NCBI GenBank assembly: GCA_047495785.1
Contig: JBLDXI010000016.1
Location: 868,001-932,000 of the forward strand
From: Lepidodermella squamata
Lineage: Eukaryota > Animalia > Gastrotricha
Direction: 5' to 3'
DNA length: 64,000 nucleotides
Position 1 is the first letter of the stretch. The number at the start of each line of letters is the position of its first letter. Below the pieces are notes generated by a model that was not told the origin of the DNA, made no database searches, and worked only from the letters and a program-made list of their open reading frames with translations. Shown here piece by piece: positions 17,257 through 29,299 of this stretch. A program made the translations under genes and the position numbers.

Positions 17257-17920
17257 TTCGCGACCCAACCCAAACCCATGGCACTCACCGGAATCTTCAG
17301 CCGTTATGAAGCCGGCGCAGGTGGACCGAAAGCTAACTACAAGTAAACTTGCTGAAACTGGCCCTTTTTATTGCTCTTCAAATACATGACACAACATTTT
17401 CCTTATTTTTTAAAGCACGTTTCGAATAAAATAAATGTACACAGTGCAGTGTCATAGGAGGGCAAGTCTAGGAGACCGTTCCTGGTCAGCCTGAAATCTT
17501 GCTCTTCGAAATCCGCAACTGTTCATAATCTATGATACAAGATCAACATGTTGCTACGGGCGATCTAGGATCTAGAGTCTACAGCGCGCAGCGATCCACG
17601 ATTAGCAGTCTTCGGTCTTCAGATGAGCGTAGGTAGAAAACTGCATTAGTCCATGAAGCAAACTGAGACTTGAAAAATGTTGAATATTGATTATGTTTTC
17701 GACAATTTAAGTTTTGTTGGGCGTGCGCAAATGCTCTCTTGAGAAGTAGACTGTTTTGCATCCGTCCGAATTCCACTCAATGAAAAATAAGAGCATTCGC
17801 ATAACGCACAACGCATGAGCAAATAAGCGGAAGGCGCGCGCGGTGAGTAACACAACCGAGTAAAAATCAGCTAAATCCTCTTCGCATTGAGAGGCGAAAT
17901 CATACCTGTATTCTCAAGCT

Positions 17921-18406
17921 ATGGACAGCTCCAGATTTGCAAACCGAGCTTACATGAACGAAGCCTGGGTTCTACCGAGGCTATAACGAATCAAGACCAT
18001 TCTTTGTTGGATGGGTCCACTATTTGGGCGGAAGAACTGCTGGTTCTGGTTACTGGGACACTCCAGCCTGGTTATGCACAGGGCTGGCCTGGGTAATGAC
18101 AACTCTGGGTTCTCAATCTATATTTGGATCTTCATGTTGATCAGTTACGAGCGGTGACTATGTCTCTTATCCAACAATCCTAATACACCCTCTAACACTC
18201 CATGGGGGCTGATAATGACATTTTTATCCATACTACTCGGCTGCATCGTGTTGGGAACTGTCATTGTTTTTCTATTTAATTCTTTTGCTACGGAGTATGC
18301 CTCCGTTCCATGGATAACGGTACCGAAGTTTTTTTGCGGCATGATTAACCGCACAAGTTGTTCGGAAACATCGACACTTCACTGCTTTTCACTATTTAGA
18401 TCGTAA
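17921..18406 (+). pseudogene. Internally deleted, frameshifted paralogue of the GPCR at 20536
   Basis: atggacagctcc...gcttacatgaacgaagcctgggttct...gaatcaagaccattctttgttggatgg and tggatcttcatgttgatcagttacgagcg align to 20536-21200 with deletions and stops. Confidence 0.85.
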
Positions 18407-18531
18407 TTCTTTCCGATTGGCATCCACGAGGAGCTCCGATATAATTTCTCACACTCTTTTAATTTCATGTATTCTGCATAATGTCAAAACGACTTTCAGG
18501 TATCGGCTTGAGAGCACTATTGCGCGCAAAT

Positions 18532-18578
18532 ACATAAAGCATAGACAATAATGTTACATCATTGTCTATGACATAAAG
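18532..18578. mobile_element. Transposon excision footprint: 8-bp TSD ACATAAAG + 31-bp fused TIR ends + ACATAAAG
   Basis: ACATAAAG|CATAGACAATAATGTTACATCATTGTCTATG|ACATAAAG; first half is the right-type TIR, second half the left-type TIR. Confidence 0.9.
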
Positions 18579-18917
18579 TTAATTTTATTTTAACGGGATG
18601 CTCGGATCCACAGTCATTTACAGCAAATGCTATTTTTACCCGATCGCAGTAGTTTGCCGCGTGACAACATTTACTTTTTCCGTGTAATTGGAATTTTCGT
18701 GTATTAAACCTCTGATTTGGCTAATTATAGAAAAATAGCCCGATTTAATGACGTATTCTATTACACGAGCGCCTTGTAAATAAGCTTGAATCTGCAAATA
18801 AACCCGAATGCAAATAAAATCAGTGGATATTTAACTTCTACGAAATACATTATTTTGAGATTAAACTTGAAATAACTTTGCGCTAAGACTGATGTGAATT
18901 ATTCGCAAAGTTCTTCA

Positions 18918-20057
18918 ATGAAGCTTTACTACAGCCTCATTTGTGCGCTCTTCAACGCGGAATGTGCGCTTGCTCGAAACCCAAACTGGAACATTTCAAG
19001 ACTTCACTCTCTCATACAAACGCGCCGAGATAATGCCCACGTGACAGGACGCGACCCGCCAAAATTGAATGAACGGGATGTGATATCCCTAAACTTTACA
19101 TTTCGAGCGCTGGTTTTCATTTCTTTGGATGAGATAGGCGAAACACTCACAATTCTGCCAGATTTCCAACTCAAATGGCAGGATCCGTTCTCGAAATGGG
19201 ACGACATCAAAGACTTTGAAGCTATCACTGAGCTAGCTATGAACCCACGAAGCAACTGGGTGCCTAAGCTTCTACATATGAACAACGCCGAAGACATTTA
19301 TACAACGGTGAAATACGAACAAGACCTTGATTCGATCCACTTGTGGCGTGATGGGGTTGTCCTATTCTACCCACCTGTGCCAGCAATTACAACAGTTTGC
19401 CCGCTTGACTTTCTCCGCTTCCCTTTCGATGAGCAGACTTGCAATTTCAAATTCGGCTTCATGGAGTCATGTGCTGACGTTGAACTCGGCAATATAGCTA
19501 TTCTGGTTGGTATTCCATGGAAGAAAATCGAGTTCTCATCGGAAAGCTCACAGTGGTACGTGATTGATAGTCGAGCGATTCTGAATAGGAAGTGCGGCGC
19601 GTTTAACGAGGCAGCCCAATTCAGCATCACCCTCAAACGCCGCCCGTTACAGTTCATTTACAAAGCAGTAATTCCCATGGCTTTTCTGATGCTGCTCCAG
19701 TTAGCAACCTTCGGAATTCCGGCTAGTGCCTCGGACCGGTCCGCTTATGCAATGACTTGCCAACTAGCGTTGGGGGTTCTTCAAACAAACATAGATAGCA
19801 AATTGCCAACAACTTCGCAGCTGAGCTACATTTGCATAATTTTCACTATTCAACTCGGCATTGCGACTGTCATCACAGTTTATGCCTCAATTTCCTGCTA
19901 TGTCTACAACAACTTGATAAAGAAGTGTCACAAGCAGGACCGTAAGCTGTTTCTGATTAGAGCCGTCAACATCAGCGATGCGGCGTGCTTTTCTTTCTGT
20001 GCTCTAGTCATTATAGCTTCGTCCGCTATATACATCGCGAAAATGCAAACTGATTGA
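18918..20057 (+). CDS. Intronless Cys-loop ligand-gated ion channel subunit (divergent nAChR/5-HT3-like)
   Basis: Signal peptide, WQDP, WVPKL, Cys-loop CPLDFLRFPFDEQTC, LKRRP followed by four TM segments. Confidence 0.9.
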   Translation: MKLYYSLICALFNAECALARNPNWNISRLHSLIQTRRDNAHVTGRDPPKLNERDVISLNFTFRALVFISLDEIGETLTILPDFQLKWQDPFSKWDDIKDFEAITELAMNPRSNWVPKLLHMNNAEDIYTTVKYEQDLDSIHLWRDGVVLFYPPVPAITTVCPLDFLRFPFDEQTCNFKFGFMESCADVELGNIAILVGIPWKKIEFSSESSQWYVIDSRAILNRKCGAFNEAAQFSITLKRRPLQFIYKAVIPMAFLMLLQLATFGIPASASDRSAYAMTCQLALGVLQTNIDSKLPTTSQLSYICIIFTIQLGIATVITVYASISCYVYNNLIKKCHKQDRKLFLIRAVNISDAACFSFCALVIIASSAIYIAKMQTD

Positions 20058-20535
20058 ACTTGTCTGAAAAGATTAACCTGGCTGTTCAAATGCACGCCGA
20101 CGGGAAATATTCGTGCCGAATAATAAACACCCTGAGTTCATTATCCATGACATTTTTCATGAGTCATCCGAAAGAGATTTCAAGCTGCTTAAATGCAGGT
20201 GTCAAGAAACGTCTTTCAGATATTTAGATTATCGCGAAAAACTGCAGCGGGATGAACAAATTGTATGAGATACGATCTTCTCTTGTTGTTGCTTTTTATT
20301 CAGTTTGAATTTCCAGAGCGGAAGCTTTTTGCAATCAGTCAGCATTCAACAAGGAAATTCCACCTGCGATCGAACCTGTCCTAATGGAAACATCGTGCGA
20401 ATATCAAATTGTTGAACGGACGATGGTGTTTAGTTGCGAACGGTGTTGAGAGAATATCGTATTATCCTGCATAAAATTGTCCACATATTTGGGTATGCGC
20501 ACTGAGAGGTAGAATCCTAAACTGTTTTTCAAGCG

Positions 20536-21735
20536 ATGAGCAGCCTTAGCTTTGAGAAGCGTGCTTACATAAATGAAGCATGGGTTCTTGCTTCGAGCTC
20601 CAGACGGGGCTATAATGAATCGAGACCATTCTTCGTCGGATGGTTCCACGATTTAGGCGGACGGACTATAGAGGAACGCGCTATGTTCCCGATAATCTAC
20701 CTCGTCGTGACCATCCTCGTGATTGCGACGAGCTTTGTGAACGTGGTTACTTACTACAAGCGCAAAGTCCGCCGTGATTTCTTTGTTCTAACCGCGATTC
20801 TTGCTGCTGTGTCGATATTTCACGCTGTTGGGATATGTATAGCCCTGTGGATACCTGTTCGAAGTGGTTATTGGGAAGCCCCAAGTTGGTTATGTCCCGG
20901 AATTTCTCTGGTCATGTCAACTCTGGGCTGTCAATCAACTTGGATCTTCATGCTTATCAGCTACGAGCGCCGCATATGTCTCTTATCCAACAATTCTCAT
21001 ACAACGGCAAATACTAGAAAGGTTACGGTGATGGCATTTCTATCTATCCTGTTAGGCTTCATCGTGTTTGGCACTGTCACGTTTTATCCATTCGATAGTG
21101 CTACGGCAGAGTATGCTGCAGTCCCGTGGATAGCTAACGGTACCGAAGTTTTGTTTTGCGGCGTATTTACCCACAAGCTTATCGGAAACATCGACACATC
21201 ACTACTGCTTGTCATTTACTTTGCAATGCTTTCTGTAGTCATTCCTAATAACGTAATTGCATTTAATTATTGGTGAGTATTCAAATAACTGGAGCCATGT
21301 AAATCAATTATATTTCTTTACAGGCAAATATTCCGCAAGTTTCGGGCTTTCAAGAATGATTTGATCTCAAAGAACAGAACTGGGACGGTATCACCAAGCT
21401 TGAGTTCAATTGTTCGTCCTCAAGCCCTTTTGGCTAACTGGCAGCGGCTTGAAATGTTCTACATGTACCAGTCGTTGGTGTCCTTTGGGGCTTTCTCACT
21501 TTTCCACATTCCGCTAACGTTTAGTTTGATCTGCCTACTACTCTGGAACGGCGCTGGGCCAGATTACCTATCATCAACAGCTCATCAGATGTGTTTTCTG
21601 GCTTACTCGATCGAGATGGCTATTGCGCCTGTTATCCAGTGTTTGAAACCTAGCTTTATCGATGATCTAAAACGTCTTTTCAAGATGCTTCGCTGCCGCA
21701 AGACAACCGTTTTCCCGTTCTTACACCGTACATGA
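20536..21735 (+). CDS. Class A GPCR, FFAR4/GPR120-like orphan; exons 20536-21272, 21324-21735
   Basis: Seven hydrophobic segments, TM3 Cys and ISYERR (DRY variant), TM5 IP...FNYW, TM6 FHIP. Confidence 0.8.
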
Positions 21736-22012
21736 CTTTCCATCTCTCATCATTGAATTTGCATGACTCTATCTTGTTTGGATTTTGTTTGAAAATAGGA
21801 TTTTTTGCCTCGATTTGTTGACTTTTCCGCTAGTTTCGAGCCCATACTTTTGTTAGTCCCTATCAATCGCATATATCTATCGAGGTACCTCCCTGCAAAA
21901 CTCTATCGACTTCTTAGTTTTCGAGTATGCCTAATCATTCTATACTGCTTGAAGGAACGTGTCACCCCTTATCTTGGGATAGTCCCGAATGACGGTACTT
22001 AAGGACGGAATG

Positions 22013-22197
22013 GGTCAAATAAAATAAGCGTGGCCCAATGGCATTGTAGCCTCAATCGCCTTGGTCCATTCCTCGCCGTCGAAACGATGGTCAGTGTAGG
22101 AAGTCTTGCTTAGGACAAATAACAATAAGTAACGAATGAATTCAGCTCGACCACGGCCGTTGAAATAATGTAAAGTGTAGGACAGCTTTATCAGCAC
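22013..22197 (-). pseudogene. Truncated duplicate of the sigma GST at 48625-49327
   Basis: [13 protein letters not shown]...TMPLG nearly identical to the intact gene, ATG lost, coding sequence fused directly to the GST 3' flank (ggtcaaataaaataagcgtg); 22240-22510 matches GST upstream 49540-49815. Confidence 0.9.
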
Positions 22198-23389
22198 TTA
22201 TTTCTTGAATAGATCTGGTGATCAATTTACTTTGAGAAGGTTTTTTTATATTGAATATTTCGATGCGGAAATAAAATAATAACTATAAGATGACCGCCAC
22301 GTGGTGATTGCGACGCAGATCGAGTCACGTTCATGGCCGCCTGCTTTGGTGGTGACTCACCATAAGCACTCGACCATCTTAGCTCCTCCAAGCCAAGTTT
22401 GTTGGTACATAACTCAAAAATTCACAAAATTACAGAATTACAATAATTCATAATACTATTTACACCAGTCTTTTTATAGCCACACGACAGGGCTATATTG
22501 TCATTTAAGACGATCATATCGCGACTTGCGCGCCAGAACAGTGTGTCGGAAATAGAAAACGAATGGCGTAATCCATTCGATAATCCATTCAGAGGCGACT
22601 GAAAGCGTCGTATGACGATTTGTGATGATGAGCCGAGAAAGATTCGAAATAATAACGGTCAACCTTCAAAATAAGGCGGTCTCAAATATAAGACGGGTAT
22701 TTAGACTTGGTTTGAAAAAGGACAGCCCCAACAATTCGGGCAGAACTGAAATTTCTAACAATTGCGAAGTTTTACTTTTTCCGGTTTTGAGTTCTTTGTC
22801 TGTTGGGCGAAGTAAATATTTTCGGCATCATTTCATTTTAATTGGAGAATAGTGTGTTACTGACTGATTAAATCTTTCCAGATCATGTGCGCTCCAGATC
22901 AATAAATTAATGTTAGTACTGAGGAGCGGCCATGTTTATGTTAAATCTAGTATTGGCATTTTTTACTAGCCACGCATCTCGTCGACTCTACATACAGTAG
23001 CCTTTACGAATTACCCATGGAATAACCGATAAGATCCATAACGTGCGAGTACTTGTTGATAGTGATAATCCTAATCATTTCAAGATTTTACCATTGGAGC
23101 AGCGCATTACAGCGATTATAATTTCACACCCGGCGATCGATTTTTCATGCTATAACTGACCAACTGCCTGCTAAAAAATCGTTGCTCAGTGCAGCAATAA
23201 TATTCCATCGATTTCAAGTGTTTTGTTTTCATACAATCTATTGCTCTGTAATCCTGCTCCAAGCGATGAGCTCACTACATTACACACATTACTACACGAT
23301 CTGCAAACAATGTAAAATACGATTATTTTACACCATGCTTTATAAAGGGAAATAGCTTTCGATTTTTCCGCAAAAGCTAAAATGAAAAA

Positions 23390-24611
23390 ATGATTCACAA
23401 TACCTCGAACTACATCGGAAAGTCATGGGTTTACGGCTACTTCCCCGAACGTGGCTTCAACGAAACGAGGCCTTACTTCATCGGCTGGTACCACGATCTA
23501 GGGGCGAAAACGGTCCAGGAAAGGCTTTATTACAACCTGGCCTACGCTTTCATGACAATGTTTGTAATAGCCGGAAATCTTACGAATTTCGTGGTTTACT
23601 ACGAACGAGATGTGCGGCGTGATTTCTTGATGCTGACAGCTATCCTCGGTTTCAGTTCAGCCTTGTTTTGCATAATTCAAACTCTCGCACTCGCGGCTAC
23701 AACGCCAAGTGGCTATTGGGAAAATGGAAAATTGTCATGCCAGATTGTCATGCTGCTCAACGCTGCAATGGGATGCCAGACTACCTGGATCTTCGTAATT
23801 ATTAGCTACGAACGGCGGCATTGTTTGACATATACTGTTCCTAATCCTCCGACTCAAACTGCCCGGGTAAGATCGGTGATTCAGAATACTAACTTGTGAT
23901 CTTGCTTTTTCCATCTTTAGGTGCTGATTTTAGTTGTTGTCTCTTTCTTATTTGGGTTCTCATTTTTCACTTTGGTCACTTTTTATCCACTCGATGCGCT
24001 AACTGTTGAGGTTGTCCAACTCTCTGACGGCAGAATGGCAACAGTTTGCGGCTTTTTCGACCACAAAATCTATGATGAATATGGAACATCCACCTTAATA
24101 GTTTGCTACTTTGCAATCTGTGCGGTGTTACTACCGACCGCTGTCATTGCTTACAATTACTCGTAATTTATTTGGTTATTAAGAGAAATGTTTCTACGCT
24201 CTTTATTATAGGATGATTTTCCGCCACATTCGTCGGGTCAAAATGCAGCTGAACAGAGCAACGGTGAAGTGGCAAAAACGGGAGATTTTCTACATGAATC
24301 AAACTATTGTATCGCTCATTGCCTACAGCCTGTTTCATGTGCCCCTGCTGATCACGATGGCTCTCGTAATGTTTTACAACACCTTGGGACCGCAAATTGT
24401 CTCGCCTGGGATGTTAAAGAATTCAGTTCTGATATTTATGCTAGAGAACGCTATTGTTCCTCTAATTCAGAGTTTGAGTTCTGACAGTTGGCAAAGGTTA
24501 AAGAGCTTGTGTTATAAGAGAGATAGAAAGCGGAATAGTTCGAATTCACAGAGCAAAGATGAAGCGTCGACAAGTTTCAATGTGAAGGTCAACCTGAATG
24601 ATGACCAGTGA
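23390..24611 (+). CDS. Class A GPCR paralogue of 20536; exons ~23390-23866, 23921-24162, 24212-24611
   Basis: ISYERR, shared N-terminal RG(F/Y)NE(T/S)RP(Y/F)F(I/V)GW(Y/F)HDLG motif, seven TM segments, GT-AG introns. Confidence 0.8.
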
Positions 24612-24997
24612 ACTTGAAATAAAGCGTTCACATATACAAAGAGTCTATTCTATGTGCTCTTTCATCGTCGAAATTCGTGTTATACTATGTTGCACCAAAG
24701 CATTTGGGAAATTTGATTGATGTCGCCGATCGAAATATTCTGACGGTTTTGCTACAGTTCGGGGTTTTTTAGCCTTTTTGCGGAAATCATATTATTCCGC
24801 TGTGAAGCCGACTCATTTTTTAAGAAAAGCTAGTATAGTTTTGAACCATGCGCGTCTTGCGACCAGTAAACTCCGTACAGATTTGGCAACGCAACTATCA
24901 CAACTACCCTGTCAATATCCTAAAATCAATGAAGACCAACATTTTACGACAATAAGCTGCTCCGTATTCACTAAAAGAGCACCTTTCTTGTGTAAAA

Positions 24998-26539
24998 ATG
25001 TTAACCGTACTAGTTATACTGTTTGAAGCTCTGGTCTCGTCGACAGAGTCTCAGGAATATCTGGCACAAGTGCGGTCCAACTTCGCCGCTTTACCGACAC
25101 CTTTGCTTTATTGGCCAATGAACAATTTGTTTGGCTTTCGCGACATTTCTGACAACAAGATAGACGCGACTTTCCAAACAACGGCCCCAGTATTGGCTGC
25201 TGGACCGTTTGGAATGCCGAATACTGCATATGAGACGAATAAAGCTGACAACACGAGTTGGTTCGAGACGAAATCGCCCGGCTTTCTCGCCCTGACTTCT
25301 TTTACTGTGGCTGGTCATGCCATCATAAAATCGAGGGCGCAAATATTTGAATTCGCCAATGGAACAAGCTATTTTTCGATTCTATGGCGATTCAATGCGT
25401 CTAATCTGAATAGCCTTTATCCAAACCTTTTAGGCGCGTATGCCGGGAGTACGCCCTACTTACAACTACCTTGCGACTTTTCCGACTGGCGTTTTGTCGC
25501 GTTTACATTCAATGCAGCGAATAGAACCATCACGGCTGTTTGCGATGATGTGTTCAGCTCGCCCCTGGTAAAGGCTGCTTTACCACCACTGGCGGATACA
25601 TTGCTTATGGGCAGGCGGTATGTGAACTGTTAACAGAAACCTACTGCTAAATGCATAAAAACCTCTTGTTTAGCTACGGAAGTGTTTTGGACGGCGGGTT
25701 CAACAATCTTTACGCCTGTGTTTCAGTATTCAACACAGCGCTGAGCCAGGCGGAGCTTGCCACTTTACGATCACAGTGTCAACTTATCAACCGTAATCTT
25801 CAAATTTCGCATATTCTTAAGGGTTTTTGAGAGTCATTTCAGAGATCACCTGCCCTTCAAAATGCATCGCTGGCAGTTGCGTCGGAGACTTGAACGCTAT
25901 GGGTGGCTATCGTTGCACTTGCCAAGACGGTTGGATAGGTTGGGATTGTTCTGTCCGTTAGTTTTCATGGTTATTAACAATAATTCCCAGCTTATGTTAT
26001 CTGAATAGCCATCTGCTCGCCACCTTGTGGTCTTGGTGGTAGTTGCGTCAGTCCTAATAGTACCTGCAGATGTTCTCCAGGCTGGATTGGTAGCCAGTGT
26101 GAAACGCGTGCGGAACCATGAAGGTTTATTTATTCTTTAATTCGATATCCCCCTATTTAGCATTGTGTCCTACTGGCTGCTCGAACGGTGGCACTTGCGT
26201 TCGACCGAATCGATGCAACTGCAGCAATAATTGGCTGCCACCCGATTGCTCCATGCGTAAGATCAATTTAGTAGGAATTCATTGTTACATATTGAATGAA
26301 CAGCTAATTGCAAGAATTGCGAAAGCCGAGGCAACTGTAAAGCTCCTAGAACTTGCGATTGCAAAGCAGGATGGACAGGCCCAGATTGCTTCAACAGTAA
26401 GTGAATTCAACAATTTAACAAATGAATGCTTATCTCTTTCAACTTCAGGGATTGAATGTGAGTTCTTTCTTCAGGATCATAACTATTCCTCTATCCTTTT
26501 CCCAGATTAGCTGTTTGCTCGGCGAATGGCTGTAAATGA
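24998..26539 (+). CDS. Secreted LamG/concanavalin-A-like domain + EGF-repeat protein (multi-exon, 9-nt microexon 26449-26457)
   Basis: Signal peptide, YWPMN...GPFG...WRFVAFTFN LamG-like motifs, then CSNGGTCVRPNRCNC-type EGF exons; ends SVCSANGCK*. Confidence 0.8.
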
Positions 26540-26946
26540 AGAAATCTGAACTCTGGATTCGTCCTGTTAATCCTAGTAATATATTCACAGCTGACATAAA
26601 AAATAAATACAAAAAATGTCGTAATTTATTGTTGTTTTTAACGACAAGTGCTTGCAAAAAAGTAAAGTAGCTTTCTGTTTTAAGTTCCTTCAAGGATTTT
26701 TTGAACGCATTCAACACGATGTTATCCGTCTGTTTCCTAACTCAAAGCAGTCATTTTTCGGTCCTTTTTACAGGAGAAAGAAATCAATAAGAAGAGAAAC
26801 AATCAGAACAAAAGGCGCTCCTGTTGTTGAATAGTAATAATAAGACAAGAACAGATGTTCTAAAAGAGATGCGAAATAAAATGACACCAGGCTAAGTCGA
26901 TGTTATCGGGATTGTGAAGGTTATTTGCCGATTCGTAATACTTTTC

Positions 26947-27267
26947 TCAGAAACAAAACGACCGCGAAGAACCGCCGCGAAATTCGAACTGGCGGCACTC
27001 TTCGAGCATGCGAACTTCCGCCAGTTGCCGCTTCTTCCAAAGCATTTCTTCCGGCGTTGGGGGACTGTTTTGATTGTTGTTCGAAGGTTGCAAGGGTTGC
27101 ACGGCGCCCGAGGTGAAGACAACGCCCTCCATCATTTTACCACCATCACTGCTCGTGCTGCTGCAGCTGCTGCTAAGATCGTCCGAGTCCATAGATTGCT
27201 GCGGCACTTTCAGCCCGTTGATGAAGTAGTGATGGCCATCGTAGTCGATGCGGCAACTTCTTTCCAT
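26947..27267 (-). CDS. Hypothetical 106-aa protein
   Basis: ATG-initiated ORF, GC-richer than flanks, splice acceptor at 27365, low-complexity Ser tract and helical-looking LWKKRQLAEVRMLEECRQF; family not recognised. Confidence 0.5.
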   Translation of the reverse strand: MERSCRIDYDGHHYFINGLKVPQQSMDSDDLSSSCSSTSSDGGKMMEGVVFTSGAVQPLQPSNNNQNSPPTPEEMLWKKRQLAEVRMLEECRQFEFRGGSSRSFCF

Positions 27268-29299
27268 GATGACTGATGTTGACTAGCACGACAAGATGTT
27301 CTTGTTTTAAGCAATCAGCCGCTTGAGGGCGATTGTAAGGAGGTAACTCCCGCCTTTAATTTGTCTAGAAAATGACATAAAGATTTAAATATCTGAAGAT
27401 TCTGCAACTTATGAGCTAAGATGAATAACTGGGGTAACTTCAATAAAGATTTCGAAACAAAAGGATGAAGGCCGCATAACTAGCTTGGGGGCATTTTCTG
27501 GCTCCAAATGACGCATTTTAGAGCCGATGTGCTCCCATGTGCATTCATTGACGTCAGATTAAGCTAAAGTTTGAACTAGCTCCCATAGTAAATAACACCT
27601 AATACACGTGAAATTAGCTGAACACGTTTGTTCAACATATTTGCCTAAGAATGGTGGTGTGTTCCTAAGGATAAGCCAAAAATACAATAGGATAGGCAGT
27701 CACGTAAAACATCAATAAAACTTGTGAGTTGTTTTGGCATTCAAGATTTTCGCCAAAAATTGATCTACCACACCTATGTTTTTTTGCTGTACTGATAAAT
27801 TATTAATCACCCGTGAAAAGTAAGAAAATTTTCCTCGCGCGCTGAATAAAAAAAACCGATATTTTTTTCCCGCCCCTGACGTCATTATTGGGTTCACATA
27901 ACTTCTGATGGGTTGGGGGTAAATTACGCATGCTTTGAATTTTTTCAAATGCTAGAATAGTCTTTTTTCATTGCATTCATGTGTCACGCATGACTATGGG
28001 CGCTCTCGTTAAGAAATGAAAAATGGGTCTGCGATCATTGATTACTGACATTCTAGATTCTAGAAAAAATCAACCAACCAAGGAAACACAGGAAAAAACT
28101 GGAAGTCGGTAAGTAGGACATGTTTTACTTGGCTCTGGTTTCAGGCACATGTTCAAATCAATCAGTACAGAAAAAGAATTATGGAATAAGGTGTGGCATA
28201 TAAAGCGAAAAGCAATCAGGCAATCAGGCGCATTATGCTATGATTCACTCGTTCTCGACCCTGCCAATTCTTTTCCGTTCTAGCTGGGTAGTATAAAGAG
28301 GTTTTCAGGTAATCGCGCGTTGTGGTACGTGCGAACCTGTGTTCTTTATTAAGCCCACGTTTTTTATGGTTTCATACTACAACAGATGCTGCGTAGTGCG
28401 CCATGCCGCGTGTGAGAGCGTTTTTTCTCTTGGTAAAACAAAGCGCCTGGCGGAAGCGATTGCGTGACTGAAAGCGAACCGCCAGGCCAGGCAAACACCG
28501 GTGTACACTGATTGTTATTTTGAGGGGCGGTAAGCGAGAGCCCTTGACTATTGTTTGGCTGAAACGAGGCGGAAATCAAGAGTGACAGACGGGTTATATT
28601 TCTCAATTCGCCTACAGATGGCGTGAATATATTGTTTGCTATCAGGAAGGCGGAAGAAAATTGCCCGATTTCGGCGAGACACGTTCCACATCATCAATCA
28701 TAATCAGGGACAGCATACTTATAATTCGATTAATTAAAAATAACAGGAAATGAAAGCTGGTTAAAAACTGGAACGCCGTTTTTTGTAAACACCTTCTAAT
28801 TGCTTTTATGCCTAATTTTTAGGGACACAGACGTAACTTGTTAGGTTCCTGGGATTTCCTTGGCCATTTTTTTAAATCAAAGTGAAGCATGTGACGGAAA
28901 TCGTGTACCAAAATGTCGAATTACATATTCAAAGAAAGAAATCATCATTGCAATCAGAGAAACTTTGGACGCTGGTTTGAGATTGAAAAACAATAAGCAA
29001 TAAAGGAGTACACGAACGTTTGATCCAGCCCAACAAGTTTGCTGATTGCTGATTTTTCGGTCAGTCAAGCAATCCTTGGAAAATCCAGCTTGTTGTAAAT
29101 TTGGGAATTTATGGTAATTGAATTTAGCTTCACAGGGCCCGCTGCTCCTGTGTAAGTCCTTATTCCTTATTTTGGTCTTCATCCAAGTATGAAACTCCAG
29201 GCATAGATTGTTTTTCCGAGACCTTACTCCAACCTTCTCGAGGAAATTACTATCCGTTGCAGGAAAGGCATAACGAGAAATTTATGGCCGCGCCTGATT

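Larger units (their letters stand above)
14282..18558. repeat. Large inverted duplication: arms 14282-16016 and 16824-18558, 807-bp spacer
   Basis: Mirror coordinates sum to 32840 (identical ORFs 14434/18406, 14744/18096, 15064/17776 on opposite strands); one mismatch noticed at 15936/16904. Confidence 0.95.

Noticed and set aside
14486-18354. Duplicated short ORFs (14486, 14744, 15064, 17579, 17887, 18145) as genes
   Set aside because: Off-frame or antisense readings of the GPCR pseudogene and flank, duplicated by the inversion
18540-18570. Palindrome as a tyrosine-recombinase site, Helitron hairpin or terminator
   Set aside because: Fully explained by the two transposon TIR tips within an 8-bp TSD
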